From a bacterium (GTDB taxonomy: Bacteria; Zhuqueibacterota; Zhuqueibacteria; Oceanimicrobiales; Oceanimicrobiaceae): a DNA stretch of 26,529 nucleotides. Where the stretch lies: the NCBI GenBank assembly GCA_046757525.1, contig JBHHYI010000044.1, positions 1 through 26,529 on the forward strand, given 5' to 3'. A program made the position numbers and the translations under genes. Shown one piece after another: positions 7,133 to 18,229 of the stretch (positions are counted from its first letter, which is position 1; every line of letters begins with the position of its first letter). The notes beneath the pieces are model-generated. The model was not told the origin of the DNA and searched no databases. It saw only the letters and a program-made list of their open reading frames with translations.

Positions 7133-7210
7133 GTCATTCCCGCAATCTTTTGAGCGGGAATCCACAACGCCTTTTCACATGGATTCCTGCTAAAAACATG
7201 CAGGAATGAC
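7133..7210. repeat. Cruciform REP/RPE-like palindromic element
   Basis: GTCATTCCCGC-N10-GCGGGAATCCA ... TGGATTCCTGC-N9-GCAGGAATGAC: two hairpins inside terminal inverted repeats GTCATTCC/GGAATGAC. Confidence 0.8.
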
Positions 7211-7251
7211 GTGTTGCTGAACTGGTACAAAATCAGAGCGTGCCCGAGTTG

Positions 7252-8169
7252 TCAACTTTTTTCGGCCCTGGGATGGGCTTGATTGTAAATCCTCTTCAAT
7301 CTTTCTACTGTAAGATGCGTATACACCTGGGTGGCTGACAGACTCGCATGTCCAAGCAATTCTTTTACTGCTAACAAATCAGCACCTTCTTCTAACAAGT
7401 GGGTTGCAAATGAGTGCCTGAGCACGTGTGGAGAAACACCATCTTTTTCGGAAGCTAAACGTAAGTATTTTTTTACTTTTCTCTGTACCTGACGCGGAGA
7501 CATTCTCTGCCCTTTCCGGCTCAAGATCAAAGCGTCATTCGACAAGCTCTTGCTCCGCAACAGAGCCTCTCGCTGTTGGAGATACCGCTGAAGAGACGCG
7601 CAAGTGGCCTTTCCCACTGGAACCAGGCGCTGCTTGGAGCCTTTGCCAACCACGCTCAACAAACCGTTCAGGAAGTCAAGATCTGCCAGGTTCAAATTCA
7701 CCAGCTCGCGCAACCGGATTCCCGTTCCATAAAAAAGTTCCAGCACGACTCTGTCACGCAGCCCGTCAAAGGTGTCCGCGTCCGGCAAGTGGAGGGCCTG
7801 CAAAATCTCTTGGAAGTTTAAATAGGCCGGCAATCTCCTCTCAGTTTTCAGGAACGGCAGATTCAGCGCCGGGTTGGTTTCACAGATTTCTCGTATGGAT
7901 AAAAACTTGAAGAATGAACGCAGACAGGCTAATTTTCGATTGACCGTACTGGCTTTCAGTCCCCCTTTGAAAAGCATGGCCAGAAAGGCACGCAAGGAGT
8001 TCTTAGTAACCGTTTCCAGGTTTGAGTCGTGATGAAATTGAGCTAATTGCTTTAGATCCGTTCTATATGATTTTAAGGTGAAGTCAGAAGCGTTTTTTTC
8101 AGATCGAAGAAACAACAAAAAATCATCAATATGAACAGTAAGGGTTTTAACCGTAAGCAACTGCTCCAT
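7252..8169 (-). CDS. xerC: Tyrosine recombinase XerC
   Basis: Catalytic residues GIR, VGKGSKQR, HVLRHSFATH, LGH, QVY, C-terminal AHPRA. The ATG at 8169 with AAGGA RBS is preferred over the track start 8187. topA-xerC synteny. Confidence 0.88.
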   Translation of the reverse strand: MEQLLTVKTLTVHIDDFLLFLRSEKNASDFTLKSYRTDLKQLAQFHHDSNLETVTKNSLRAFLAMLFKGGLKASTVNRKLACLRSFFKFLSIREICETNPALNLPFLKTERRLPAYLNFQEILQALHLPDADTFDGLRDRVVLELFYGTGIRLRELVNLNLADLDFLNGLLSVVGKGSKQRLVPVGKATCASLQRYLQQREALLRSKSLSNDALILSRKGQRMSPRQVQRKVKKYLRLASEKDGVSPHVLRHSFATHLLEEGADLLAVKELLGHASLSATQVYTHLTVERLKRIYNQAHPRAEKS

Positions 8170-10390
8170 AAGTTTCCTTAATGTCAAGCGGGAATTCAGC
8201 CTTGCACGCAGGGCACAAAAAGTGTTCCCCTTTTGATTGTGTATATCGTTGCTCCAGATATGGACTTCTACACTCCGGACACGCTATGCTGACCGGTTTG
8301 TTCCAGGTTGCGAATTTGCATTTTGGGTAATTGCTGCAACCATAGAATACGCGCCCCCGTTTTGACCGTTTTTCAACAATGTCACCGTTGCAGTCTTTCT
8401 TGGGGCACTTCACGCCAATGGAAATGGATTGGGTATTCTTGCATTCCGGATAGCCTGAGCAAGCCAGGAACCGTCCAAATCTTCCGTGTTTAATCACCAT
8501 TTTCTTGCCACACTTCTGGCAATACTCATCGACCTCTTCAACTTTTTCCAGGGGTTTGGTAAACTTGCACTCCGGATACTTGGTGCAGGCCATAAACTTT
8601 CCGTTTCTACCCCAACGGATGATCAACTCACTGCCACATTGAGGACAGGTTTCCCCGGTTTCCTCCTGAAGGGAATCCTTGATCTCATCCTTTCGCGCTT
8701 TTGCATCTTCTAAGGCCCTATGAAAAGGGGTATATAAATCACGTGCGACTTCAACAAATGCCTTTTCGCCAGACTCCACTTTGTCCAGACTTTCTTCCAT
8801 CAGCGCTGTAAATTTAACGTTGAAGATACCCGGAAAGTTCTGAATAAGTATTTTGTTGACGGTTTTTCCCAATTCGGTTGGCACCAGATTGCGCTGCACC
8901 TTCTCGATGTATTTTCGGGCCAAAATGGTGCTGATGATTAAGGCATAGGTGCTGGGCCGCCCGATTCCCAGACTATCCAGCTCTTTGATCAAGCTGCTTT
9001 CCGAATAGCGTGGCGGGGGTTTGGTAAAATGCTGTTTCGGAATAAGCTGCAGCAATTCCAGCACCTCGTCCACGTGCAAGTTGACCGGAATTTCCATATT
9101 GTCGGGGCTTTCTTTTTCATCCCTATCTTCATAAACTTGCAAGAAGCCTCGGAACAGAATCACGCTGCCGGTCGTACGAAACAGGTATTTTTCGCCGGCT
9201 GCAATGTCAATGGTCGTTTGCATCAGCTTGGCCGCTGCCATCTGGGAAGCCACAAACCGGTTCCAGATCAGCGAATAAAGCTTGAACTGCTCAGCGGTCA
9301 AGTGCCGCTTAATTTTGCGCGGCTCACGCTGCATGGACGTGGGCCGAACCGCTTCATGAGCATCCTGCGCACCTGCCTTCATCTTGAATCTTCTCGCGGA
9401 AGCAGGGAGGTACTCCTTGCCATAGTTGACCAGAATGAACTCTCTCACCGCCTCAAGGGCTTCGTTAGCCACTCTCACAGAGTCTGTACGCATGTAGGTA
9501 ATGAGACCAACGCTGCCTTCTGTCCCAAGCTCAACGCCCTCGTACAGTTGTTGAGCGATCATCATGATTCTTTTGGAGGTAAAGCCGAATTTTCTGGCAG
9601 CGGCTTGCTGCATGGTGCTGGTGGTAAACGGTGGGCTTGGATTCCGACTGACTTCTTTCTTTTTGATGCTTTTTACGCGGTAAGTCTGTCGGCGCAGGTC
9701 TGCGGTTAACTTTTTGGCTTGTTGCTCATTGGAGATTTTAAAAGGCTTGTCTTCAACCTTAAAAAGATTGGACAAAAACGGCTCGCTCTTTTGACCTCTT
9801 AATTTAGCTTGAATGGACCAGTATTCCTCTGGCACGAACTTATCGATCTCCTCTTCCCGCTCACAAATCAAACGCAGCGCCACAGACTGCACGCGCCCGG
9901 CACTGAGCCCCCGGTAGACGGTACGCCAGAGAATGGGACTTGCCTGATAGCCCACCAGTCGATCCAAAACCCGCCGAGCTTTTTGCGCTTCCACTTTCTG
10001 CAAATTGATTTGCGTCGGTTTGGCGATGGCGTTTTTTACGGCCTTTTCGGTAATCTCGTTGAATAATACGCGGAATATCTTGCTTTTCTTTGGTTTAATC
10101 TCTTCTGCAAGATGGAAGGCGATGGCTTCCCCCTCCCGGTCAGGATCGGTGGCAATGTAAATATTATCCACACCCAGAGCTGACTTTCTCAACTTGTTGA
10201 GGAGTTTGCCTTTCCCCCGAATCGTGATATAATCTGGCTTGAAATCGTTTTCTAAATCAACCCCTAAGCGCTGTTTGGGTAGGTCTTTTATATGACCAAC
10301 AGAGGATAAGACTTCAAAATCTGAACCTAAAAATTTTTTTATGGTCTTCGTTTTTGCATTGGACTCGACGATCACCAGTGATTTAGACAT
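8147..10390 (-). CDS. topA: DNA topoisomerase I
   Basis: TOPRIM LVIVES / ATDPDREGE, SAGRVQS, catalytic ITYMRTDS, GIGRPSTYA, C-terminal C4 zinc ribbons. Confidence 0.98.
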   Translation of the reverse strand: MSKSLVIVESNAKTKTIKKFLGSDFEVLSSVGHIKDLPKQRLGVDLENDFKPDYITIRGKGKLLNKLRKSALGVDNIYIATDPDREGEAIAFHLAEEIKPKKSKIFRVLFNEITEKAVKNAIAKPTQINLQKVEAQKARRVLDRLVGYQASPILWRTVYRGLSAGRVQSVALRLICEREEEIDKFVPEEYWSIQAKLRGQKSEPFLSNLFKVEDKPFKISNEQQAKKLTADLRRQTYRVKSIKKKEVSRNPSPPFTTSTMQQAAARKFGFTSKRIMMIAQQLYEGVELGTEGSVGLITYMRTDSVRVANEALEAVREFILVNYGKEYLPASARRFKMKAGAQDAHEAVRPTSMQREPRKIKRHLTAEQFKLYSLIWNRFVASQMAAAKLMQTTIDIAAGEKYLFRTTGSVILFRGFLQVYEDRDEKESPDNMEIPVNLHVDEVLELLQLIPKQHFTKPPPRYSESSLIKELDSLGIGRPSTYALIISTILARKYIEKVQRNLVPTELGKTVNKILIQNFPGIFNVKFTALMEESLDKVESGEKAFVEVARDLYTPFHRALEDAKARKDEIKDSLQEETGETCPQCGSELIIRWGRNGKFMACTKYPECKFTKPLEKVEEVDEYCQKCGKKMVIKHGRFGRFLACSGYPECKNTQSISIGVKCPKKDCNGDIVEKRSKRGRVFYGCSNYPKCKFATWNKPVSIACPECRSPYLEQRYTQSKGEHFLCPACKAEFPLDIKETYGAVAYG

Positions 10391-10427
10391 TCAACTCCTT
10401 TGACTTCAATTTCAATAGACCACACAA

Positions 10428-10892
10428 TCAATGAATTATTGGATGCTCGTCAAAAAAGAAAAAGGAACTTTCAGTTACGTTTTCCGGATTAAAAAGCACG
10501 GAGGCTACTATGGTCTTGATTTCAGTGATGTTTATGTGAGAAACGCCCAACATCATGGCTCTCTCCAAAATCTGCTCGAGCTGATTTTCGTCGATAATTC
10601 CCAATTCTTTTAATTGTATCATGTAGCCGAAGGATTCGGTGGAAATGATGGATCTTTCCACTTCATGCAGATGGCGGAAGGAATTCTGCATAATGCAACC
10701 CTGATTCTCGATCAATTCCTCGGAGTCGCTTTTCATGCGTTCGAGAAGCCATGAGAAGGCCGAGCTTATCTCGTTTTCCGTGTAGCCCTTTTTGAGAAGA
10801 TCCTTGGAAAGCAAATCGAGTTTCGCGGAGTTGTCGCCATTGTTGATTTCGCTCATGATCAGTACCAGTATTTCAACCACGCGTTCGTTCAT
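10428..10892 (-). CDS. smg: Smg/DUF494 family protein
   Basis: MNERVVEILV...GYTENEISSAFSWL...FRHLHEVE. Start 10892 has a GAGGAG RBS; the longer track ORF runs through AT-rich promoter DNA. smg-topA synteny. Confidence 0.85.
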   Translation of the reverse strand: MNERVVEILVLIMSEINNGDNSAKLDLLSKDLLKKGYTENEISSAFSWLLERMKSDSEELIENQGCIMQNSFRHLHEVERSIISTESFGYMIQLKELGIIDENQLEQILERAMMLGVSHINITEIKTIVASVLFNPENVTESSFFFFDEHPIIH

Positions 10893-10943
10893 AGTCATCT
10901 CCTCTAGAATTATCCTCATTTTTCCCAAAATCTTTAAGTTGTA

Positions 10944-10971
10944 AATGTAAAAAAATATCTTGTAAAAGCAA
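10944..10971 (-). promoter_or_regulatory. Putative sigma70-type promoter for smg-topA
   Basis: TTGCTT-N16-TACATT in AT-rich DNA about 50 nt upstream of smg. Confidence 0.4.
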
Positions 10972-11062
10972 GTTTTTTTATGGTAAAATTTAGTCATTAA
11001 CGTGGCAGTAATCCAACATTTCCATTCTCAGGGTTAAGAGTGCTGCCTTTATGAACGGCTGT

Positions 11063-14000
11063 TCATACGCGGCCGTGGCATTTTTTATATTTTTTACCGC
11101 TTCCGCACGGACAGGGTTCGTTGCGGCCAATCTTTTCCCCGACTACCACCGGCTGCTTCTTGCCACCACGTGCAGGACCGCCAGCATCGGCCGCAGCGCC
11201 CTGGGGGATTCCCCCGCTGGAGAATCCCATGCCCACCGCAGAATCGTGCACCGTGCGCATCCGTTGCGGCAACCTGCGCCTTTCATACGAGGGTTCCGGC
11301 TGCACCTGTGCTCTGAAGATCAACTCCAGAACCTGCTCATTGATCATGTCCAACATTTCTGTGAACATGCGAAAGCCTTCGGACTTGTATTCGAGCAGTG
11401 GATCCTTTTGCCCATAAGCCCTGAGCCCTATCCCCTCTTTGAGCTGATCCATTTCGTAGAGGTGCTCCCGCCACCTTTCATCGATGACGCGCAACATGGC
11501 CAGACGTTCAATCTGGCGCATGACTTTGTCGCCGAATTCCTGCTCCCGTTGCTGGTAATGGAGTTTGGCGGCGTCGAAAAGCTTTTCGAACAAGTCGTGC
11601 TGATTTATATCGGGGATATCCTCCTCTTTTATAGGCATCTCGAACAGCATGGTTTTGCGAAAAGCCTTTCCCAATCCGTCCCAGTCCCATTCTTCTGAAT
11701 ACTCCTTCTCATCGGTATAGAGAGCGATTTGATTCTCGATGAAATTCGCCATCATTTCGATTATTTCTTCGCGCAGATTCTCTCCCTTGAGGGCATGGGT
11801 GCGGCGATCGTAGATCACTTCCCGCTGTTGATTCATGACGTTGTCATATTCCAGCAGATGCTTGCGAATATCAAAATTATGAGCTTCAACGCGTTTTTGC
11901 GCCCTCTCGATGGACTTTGTTACCATGCGGTGTTGAATCACCTCTCCTTCCTCCACACCCAGCCGGTCCATGACGCTGGCAATTCTGTCCGAACCAAACA
12001 AGCGCATTAAGTCGTCTTCCAGACAGAGGTAGAAGCGTGAGGATCCGGGATCGCCCTGGCGGCCGCTTCTGCCGCGCAACTGCCGGTCGATGCGCCGCGA
12101 CTCGTGGCGTTCGGTGCCGATGATGTGCAGGCCGCAAGGGACCTGTTCATAACACTTGTACTCCTCCAAATAGGGACAGATATCGGCTTCAGAACGCGGC
12201 GTCACCAGGGCGCAGTTGAAATACTTGACCACCCCAGCGCCGAGTTTAATATCCGTGCCCCTACCTGCCATATTGGTCGCAATGGTAACCGCGCCAGGCT
12301 CGCCGGCAAGCGCAACAATCTCCGCCTCCCGCTGGTGTTGCTTCGCATTCAGGACCGAATGGCGTACCCCTCGCCGCTTGAGCATGCGACTCAACGTTTC
12401 AGACACATCCACCGAAATGGTTCCCACCAACACGGGGCGCTTTTTCTCATGCATTTCAACGATTTCATTGATGACCGCATTGAACTTTTCCCGCTTGGTG
12501 CGAAAAATCTGGTCGTCATAATCCAGGCGACGGATGGGTTCATTGGTGGGAATCACCACAACATCCAGTTTGTAAATCTCCCAAAACTCAGTGGATTCTG
12601 TCTCGGCCGTGCCGGTCATCCCGGCCAATTTGTGGTACAAGCGGAAATAGTTCTGCAGGGTGATGGTTGCCAGGGTTTGCGTTTCGCGTTCGATTTTTAC
12701 CCCTTCTTTGGCCTCCAACGCTTGATGCAAACCGTCGCTGTAACGCCGGCCCGGCATGAGTCGACCGGTGAACTCATCGACAATCATGACCTTGTCTTCG
12801 TTGACAACATATTCCACGTCTTTTTCGAACAGGGAATAAGCACGCAAAAGCTGCGAAATATTGTGCAGGCGTTCGCTTTTTTCCCCGTACTCTTCTTGAA
12901 TCTTTCGCTTCTCTTCTAACTTGGCTTCGGGAGAGAACGCTTCGTTAGAATCTATGTCGTGCAACCGTTCAGAGAGGTCCGGCAATATGAACATTTCGGG
13001 GTCATTTGGTGACAACGCATCTCTGCCTTTATCCGTTAAATCGATGGTATGCGCCTTTTCATCGATAGCGTAATACAGCTCTTCGTCGATTTCGTTCATC
13101 TTTTTGTCGCGAATATAGTCATTCTCGACTTTCTGGATGAGCTTTTTTACCCCCACCTCTTGAAAGAGCTTGATTAACCGTTTGTTTTTCGGCGCGCCTC
13201 GTGAAGCCTGCAGCAGCAGGATACCAGCCTCATAATCCTTCTCTGCTTTTAACAGCTTTTCCCCTTCTGCAATCATGCTATTCACCAGCATGGTTTGCTT
13301 TTTGACCAATTGCTCGACGCGCGGCTTTATTTCATCGTATTTGTGGGTCGAATGCTCAACCGGACCGGAGATGATCAGCGGGGTGCGTGCTTCGTCGATC
13401 AGAACCGAGTCCACCTCGTCCACGATGGCATAGTAGTGACCCCGCTGCACTTGATCTTCCTGACGGATGGCCATGTTGTCGCGCAGATAATCAAAGCCGA
13501 ATTCATTGTTGGTGCCGTAGGTGATGTCCGCAGCATAGGCCACCTTGCGCCGTTCCGGGTTCATGTCGTTCTGGATGTAATCCACGGTGAGGCCGAGGAA
13601 TTTGTAGATTTCTCCCATCCACTCGCAATCGCGGCGGGCCAAATAGTCGTTTACGGTCACCAGGTGCACGCCTTTGCCGGTCAACGCATTCAGGTATATG
13701 GGCATGGTTGCCACCAGGGTCTTGCCCTCACCGGTGGCCATCTCAGCGATCTTTCCCCCATGCAGCACGATCCCGCCGATGAGCTGCACGTCATAAGGCA
13801 CCATGTCCCAGTGAATCTCAACATCGCAAACCCGCCACTTTCTACCGACCAAACGTTTGCAGGTCTGTTTGACGACGGCATAAGCCTCCGGCAGAATCTC
13901 ATCGAGCACCTTACTGATGAGGTCATGTTCTTTTTCCTCCAACTTCTCAATCCGGTCTCTCATGGCCTCGGTATCCACCACCTCCTGATCTACCTCATCA

Positions 14001-14257
14001 TCAGAGGGTTCCTTACCATTTTGGGAGCCGGCATCCGATTGTAGGAGCCCCCTTAATTCCTCCAATTCTTCGGTGACCTCTCGAGTCGCCTGAACAATTT
14101 TGTCCTTAAAGTATTGCGTCTTGTTCTTGAGCTCTTCGTCGGAAAGTTGTTGAAATTGCTCGTAGTAATGATTAATCTCCTCAACCCTCGGCCGCATCCG
14201 TTTGACATCCTTTTCGTGCTTGCTCCCGAATACTTTTGTTACTATGTTTTCAATCAT
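11063..14257 (-). CDS. secA: Preprotein translocase ATPase SecA (long form with insertions)
   Basis: [48 protein letters not shown]-terminal [13 protein letters not shown]. Confidence 0.99.
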   Translation of the reverse strand: MIENIVTKVFGSKHEKDVKRMRPRVEEINHYYEQFQQLSDEELKNKTQYFKDKIVQATREVTEELEELRGLLQSDAGSQNGKEPSDDEVDQEVVDTEAMRDRIEKLEEKEHDLISKVLDEILPEAYAVVKQTCKRLVGRKWRVCDVEIHWDMVPYDVQLIGGIVLHGGKIAEMATGEGKTLVATMPIYLNALTGKGVHLVTVNDYLARRDCEWMGEIYKFLGLTVDYIQNDMNPERRKVAYAADITYGTNNEFGFDYLRDNMAIRQEDQVQRGHYYAIVDEVDSVLIDEARTPLIISGPVEHSTHKYDEIKPRVEQLVKKQTMLVNSMIAEGEKLLKAEKDYEAGILLLQASRGAPKNKRLIKLFQEVGVKKLIQKVENDYIRDKKMNEIDEELYYAIDEKAHTIDLTDKGRDALSPNDPEMFILPDLSERLHDIDSNEAFSPEAKLEEKRKIQEEYGEKSERLHNISQLLRAYSLFEKDVEYVVNEDKVMIVDEFTGRLMPGRRYSDGLHQALEAKEGVKIERETQTLATITLQNYFRLYHKLAGMTGTAETESTEFWEIYKLDVVVIPTNEPIRRLDYDDQIFRTKREKFNAVINEIVEMHEKKRPVLVGTISVDVSETLSRMLKRRGVRHSVLNAKQHQREAEIVALAGEPGAVTIATNMAGRGTDIKLGAGVVKYFNCALVTPRSEADICPYLEEYKCYEQVPCGLHIIGTERHESRRIDRQLRGRSGRQGDPGSSRFYLCLEDDLMRLFGSDRIASVMDRLGVEEGEVIQHRMVTKSIERAQKRVEAHNFDIRKHLLEYDNVMNQQREVIYDRRTHALKGENLREEIIEMMANFIENQIALYTDEKEYSEEWDWDGLGKAFRKTMLFEMPIKEEDIPDINQHDLFEKLFDAAKLHYQQREQEFGDKVMRQIERLAMLRVIDERWREHLYEMDQLKEGIGLRAYGQKDPLLEYKSEGFRMFTEMLDMINEQVLELIFRAQVQPEPSYERRRLPQRMRTVHDSAVGMGFSSGGIPQGAAADAGGPARGGKKQPVVVGEKIGRNEPCPCGSGKKYKKCHGRV

Positions 14258-14292
14258 CTTCGACCTTTCGCTAAGATTTCTCCATGCCTCCT

Positions 14293-14323
14293 AAAAACTG
14301 AGGATTGCCCAAAGGACAATCCT
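14293..14323 (-). terminator. Possible intrinsic terminator/attenuator between nusB and secA
   Basis: Minus strand AGGATTGTCC-TTT-GGGCAATCCT (10 bp, one G-U) followed by CAGTTTTT. Confidence 0.45.
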
Positions 14324-14369
14324 GAAAATGATCCACAAACCACAGCGATATCAGGCCCATGCCCGGGTT

Positions 14370-14816
14370 TCAATTTTCGTTCAGCCCTCGACCGCTTTTC
14401 TTTAACAAGCCTTTGCTTTTAAAGTCCACCAGAACCCCATCCAAGATGCCATTGATGAATTTGCCGCTTTTTTCCGTGCTGTATTTTTTTGCTATTTCTA
14501 TGGCCTCATCAATAGACACTTTTGGGGGAATATCTTCAAAATACAAGAATTCACAAATCGCCAGACGCATGATATGCTTATCCAGGATGGCGATTCTTTC
14601 AAAATCCCAATTATGCGCTTTTTCGCTAATGACCGCATCGAGCTCCTTTAGGTTCTGTACACATTTTGTCAATAGAGCCTGGGCAAACTTCTTGACCTTT
14701 TCATTCTCATCACTTTGGAGAACCAAGTCCTCGAATATTTGTTGCAGCGGATTGCCTGACATTTCATAAGCATACGATGCCTGTAAGGCCAATTCTCGAG
14801 CTCTTCTCCTTTGCAT
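14370..14816 (-). CDS. nusB: Transcription antitermination factor NusB
   Basis: RRRARELALQ, DKHIMRLAICE, VSIDEAIEIAKKYS, FINGILD. Confidence 0.97.
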   Translation of the reverse strand: MQRRRARELALQASYAYEMSGNPLQQIFEDLVLQSDENEKVKKFAQALLTKCVQNLKELDAVISEKAHNWDFERIAILDKHIMRLAICEFLYFEDIPPKVSIDEAIEIAKKYSTEKSGKFINGILDGVLVDFKSKGLLKKSGRGLNEN

Positions 14817-14875
14817 AACAAAATCCCTTTAGTTCAAAAAGTCCAAAATAGCCCTGTTTATCAAAAAGAATTTGC

Positions 14876-15802
14876 TCAATCTATAAAAGTCAGCCATCCA
14901 TACTTATCTTCGAGTTCGCCGCTGATGATGCCAAAAAATCTCTTTTGAATCTTCTCCGTAACGGGGCCGCGCCGCCCGGTGCCAACAGGGATGCGGTCAA
15001 CTGACTTAATAGGGCTTACCTCCGCCGCGCTGCCAGTGAAGAACACTTCATCGGCGATATACAAAAGCTCTCTCGGTATGTTCGTTTCCTCTACTTTATA
15101 GCCCAAATCCTCGGCGAGATGCATGACACAGTCACGGGTGATGCCTGGCAAGATCGACGCTGAGATGGGAGGCGTAAGCAGTCGATCCCCCTGAACCACG
15201 AAGACATTTTCGCCGCTGCCTTCACTGACAAATCCGTTGGCATCCAACGTGATGCCTTCTATGTAACCATCCACCTTGGCTTCGAGTTTCACCAGTTGAG
15301 AATTCATGTAATTTGCCCCACACTTGGAAATAGCAGGAAACGTGTTTGGCCGCATACGGGTCCAGGAAGACACGCGCACATCAACGCCAACGTTAATGGC
15401 CTCCTCGCCCAGGTATTTGCCCCACGCCAGCGCTGCCACCACCACTTCCGTCGGCGTGTTTCCGGGGTCCACGCCAAGACTGCCGTAACCGCGAAAGGCG
15501 ATGGGCCGGAGATAAGCCTCTTGCATGTTGTTCACTTTTACCACGTCGATGCAGGCCCTGGTAATGGTTTCCTTGGGAAAGGGCATGGGCATCCGGTAAA
15601 TCTTTGCCGAGTTAAAGAATCGATTTATATGATCTGTTATGCGAAATAACGCAGCGCCCTTAACCGTCTTGTAACAACGAAATCCTTCAAAAATCGCCGA
15701 ACCATAATGCAACACGTGCGACATCACATGAATCTTAGCATCCTGCCAATTGACCATATTTCCACTAAACCAAATCTTTCCGTTTTCTAAGAACTCAGAC
15801 AT
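14876..15802 (-). CDS. ilvE: Branched-chain amino acid aminotransferase
   Basis: LHYGSAIFEG, PLP Lys in AISKCGANY, EGSGENVF, ILPGITR; ATG at 15802 with GGAGG RBS. Confidence 0.95.
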   Translation of the reverse strand: MSEFLENGKIWFSGNMVNWQDAKIHVMSHVLHYGSAIFEGFRCYKTVKGAALFRITDHINRFFNSAKIYRMPMPFPKETITRACIDVVKVNNMQEAYLRPIAFRGYGSLGVDPGNTPTEVVVAALAWGKYLGEEAINVGVDVRVSSWTRMRPNTFPAISKCGANYMNSQLVKLEAKVDGYIEGITLDANGFVSEGSGENVFVVQGDRLLTPPISASILPGITRDCVMHLAEDLGYKVEETNIPRELLYIADEVFFTGSAAEVSPIKSVDRIPVGTGRRGPVTEKIQKRFFGIISGELEDKYGWLTFID

Positions 15803-15849
15803 GATGAATTCCTCCACGTATTAAGTGAATATTACCTGAGTGGCTGCTG

Positions 15850-16992
15850 CTATTTGCCCAATAGTCCCCTGGCAATCACCAATCTTTGTATTTCTGAAGT
15901 ACCTTCATAAATTTCCGTGATCTTGGAATCCCGCATAAATCTTTCCACAGGATAATCCTTTAGATAGCCATAACCACCAAAAATTTGTACCGCTTTCGTA
16001 CTAACGTCCACAGCCGTTTCCGAAGCGAACACTTTTGCTTTGGAAGCTTGCGAAGAATATCTTTGTTTTTGATCTTTGGCCCAGGCTGCCTGGAACACCA
16101 GAAGCCTGGCGGCATTGACGCGCGTCTCCATGTCCGCCAACATAAACTGAATGGCTTGAAACTTGGAAATCGGCCTGCCAAATTGCACCCGCTCTTTGGA
16201 ATAGTTAACGGCAGCGTCCAACGCACCTTGAGCAATCCCCAGGGCCTGGGCTGCGATTCCAATACGGCCGCCGTTGAGAATTTCCATCGCGATCTTAAAC
16301 CCATCGCCTGGCTCACCCAACAAATTCTCTTTCGGCACCGCACAATCTTCCATGATAATAGAAACCGTATCTGAACTGCGGATGCCCATTTTTCTTTCCT
16401 TCTTGCCCACCTGGAATCCCTGGAAATCCCGCTGCAGAATAAACGCGCTGATGCCTTTGTGTTGCACAGATGGGTCGGTCAGAGCAAACACCAGGTAGCG
16501 GTCGGCGTGCATGCCGTTGGTAATAAAGTTTTTGGTACCATTCAAAATGTAGTGATCGCCGCTGAGAACCGCGGTGGTTTTCATGGCGGCGGCGTCCGAC
16601 CCCGATCCGGGTTCAGACAAACAATAAGCCCCTAACTTTTCGCCTTTGGCTAAAGGCACTAAATATTTCAACTTTTGTTCTTCGGTACCGAATTCTTCTA
16701 TTCCGTGACAGACCAATGAATTGTTTACCGAACAAATCACACCTACCGAAGCGTCGATCTTTGAAAGCTCCTCCAGCACCAGAACGTAACTGATGGTGTC
16801 TAACCCGCCGCCGCCGTATTGCGGGTCCACCATCATGCCCATGAAACCCAACTCGGCCATTTTCTTAACATGGTGCTCGGGATATTTTTCCAACCGATCC
16901 CGTTCTGCCGCATCTTTGGCCACTTCGTTTTGAGCAAATTCGCGTGCCGTCTGCTGAATGAGTTTGTGTTCGTCGGTCAATGAAAAATCCAT
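15850..16992 (-). CDS. Acyl-CoA dehydrogenase (short/branched-chain type)
   Basis: CLSEPGSGSDA, GTKNFITNG, GRIGIAAQALG, QIFGGYGY, EIYEGTSEIQR. Confidence 0.95.
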   Translation of the reverse strand: MDFSLTDEHKLIQQTAREFAQNEVAKDAAERDRLEKYPEHHVKKMAELGFMGMMVDPQYGGGGLDTISYVLVLEELSKIDASVGVICSVNNSLVCHGIEEFGTEEQKLKYLVPLAKGEKLGAYCLSEPGSGSDAAAMKTTAVLSGDHYILNGTKNFITNGMHADRYLVFALTDPSVQHKGISAFILQRDFQGFQVGKKERKMGIRSSDTVSIIMEDCAVPKENLLGEPGDGFKIAMEILNGGRIGIAAQALGIAQGALDAAVNYSKERVQFGRPISKFQAIQFMLADMETRVNAARLLVFQAAWAKDQKQRYSSQASKAKVFASETAVDVSTKAVQIFGGYGYLKDYPVERFMRDSKITEIYEGTSEIQRLVIARGLLGK

Positions 16993-17036
16993 GTTGCCTT
17001 CCTTACTTTAATACATATTCCTTCGGTTCAAATAAC

Positions 17037-17888
17037 TCAAGAATAGTCGTAAAATCCCTTGTGCGTTTTCCGACCCAGAAACCCCGCTGCGACCATTTTT
17101 TTTAAAAGCGGGCATGGTCGATATTTGTCGTCCCCCAGATTGTCGTGCAGCACGCGCATGATATGCAGGCACACGTCCAACCCGATGAAATCCGCTAATT
17201 CCAACGGCCCCATGGGATGTGCCATGCCCAGCTTCATCACCGTGTCCACGGCTTCTTTGCTCGCAACGCCTTCCATGAGGCAGTAGATGGCTTCGTTAAT
17301 CATCGGCATCAAAACGCGGTTGGAAACGAACCCCGGGTAATCATTGACAGCCACAGGGGTTTTGCCCAGTTTCTTGCTCAGGTTCACGACCAGATCAAAA
17401 GTTGCGTCGGAGGTGGCCAGGCCGCGAATCACCTCGACCAGGGCCATCACCGGCACCGGATTGAAAAAATGCATGCCCACCACCTTGTCCGGTCGCCGGG
17501 TGGCCGCAGCAATTTCCGTAATTGAAATCGAAGAAGTATTCGAAGCCAGAACGGTATCCAGGGCACACAGAGCATCCAGCCTGTTGAAAAGCTCTTTTTT
17601 GATATTCGCATCTTCGGTGGCCGCTTCTACCACGAGCTGCGCCGTCTTAGCTGACTCTAATCGAACCTGGGTTGTGATGCGGGCGGCGGCCGCCTCAGCC
17701 TCTGCCTGGGTTATCTTGTCCTTTTTGACCTGCCGCTGCAAATTCTTTTCAATGGTATTCACAGCTCTTTCCAAAAAGGAGGGTTCGACGTCTACCAAAT
17801 TGACAGAATAGCCGGCAAGTGCGAACACGTGGGCAATGCCGTTGCCCATGGTGCCGGCCCCTACGACGGTTACGTTCTTGATTTCCAA
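17037..17888 (-). CDS. hbd: 3-hydroxybutyryl-CoA dehydrogenase
   Basis: [36 protein letters not shown] start with AAGGA RBS. Confidence 0.93.
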   Translation of the reverse strand: MEIKNVTVVGAGTMGNGIAHVFALAGYSVNLVDVEPSFLERAVNTIEKNLQRQVKKDKITQAEAEAAAARITTQVRLESAKTAQLVVEAATEDANIKKELFNRLDALCALDTVLASNTSSISITEIAAATRRPDKVVGMHFFNPVPVMALVEVIRGLATSDATFDLVVNLSKKLGKTPVAVNDYPGFVSNRVLMPMINEAIYCLMEGVASKEAVDTVMKLGMAHPMGPLELADFIGLDVCLHIMRVLHDNLGDDKYRPCPLLKKMVAAGFLGRKTHKGFYDYS

Positions 17889-18013
17889 GTCAAAATCCTT
17901 TGCCAGTTGTGTTATTTCCTACATCAGATTAGAAAGCCGTGCTTTCTGCGTATTCCTTGACGTATTTCCCATCTTCAGTTGGGCTAAGATCAAACTTATC
18001 CGCTATATAATAC

Positions 18014-18229
18014 TTAGCCAACCTCAAGATTCTCGGTTATCTGATGCAAAACAAGTAGATTATTTTGATGTAACGGCAATTGCTGATAAACTTGTCCCTC
18101 GCTATCCGAAAACTCAACCAAAAAGTGATTATCTGAAAGCTCGGAAACAACTGTCCCCGTAGTCCCCCGTTTAATGGGGGTGTTTTCAATGTCTACCAAT
18201 ACTGCAACATAATCATGAATCTGTATCAT
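18014..18229 (-). CDS. DUF4926-like small protein (putative antitoxin/immunity partner)
   Basis: D.VAVLVD...IKRGTTGTVV...FLVEFSDSEG pattern; its ATG overlaps the upstream TGA (ATGA coupling). Confidence 0.8.
   Translation of the reverse strand: MIQIHDYVAVLVDIENTPIKRGTTGTVVSELSDNHFLVEFSDSEGQVYQQLPLHQNNLLVLHQITENLEVG

Noticed and set aside
7000..7230. 76-aa minus-strand ORF
   Set aside because: Largely a translation of the palindromic repeat (WIPAQKIAGMT).
7252..8169. Tyrosine recombinase as a prophage or island integrase
   Set aside because: XerC-type sequence in housekeeping topA-xerC-hpf synteny; no att sites or cargo.
10893..10997. 35-aa N-terminal extension of Smg in the ORF track
   Set aside because: Runs through AT-rich promoter-like DNA; the RBS supports a start at 10892.
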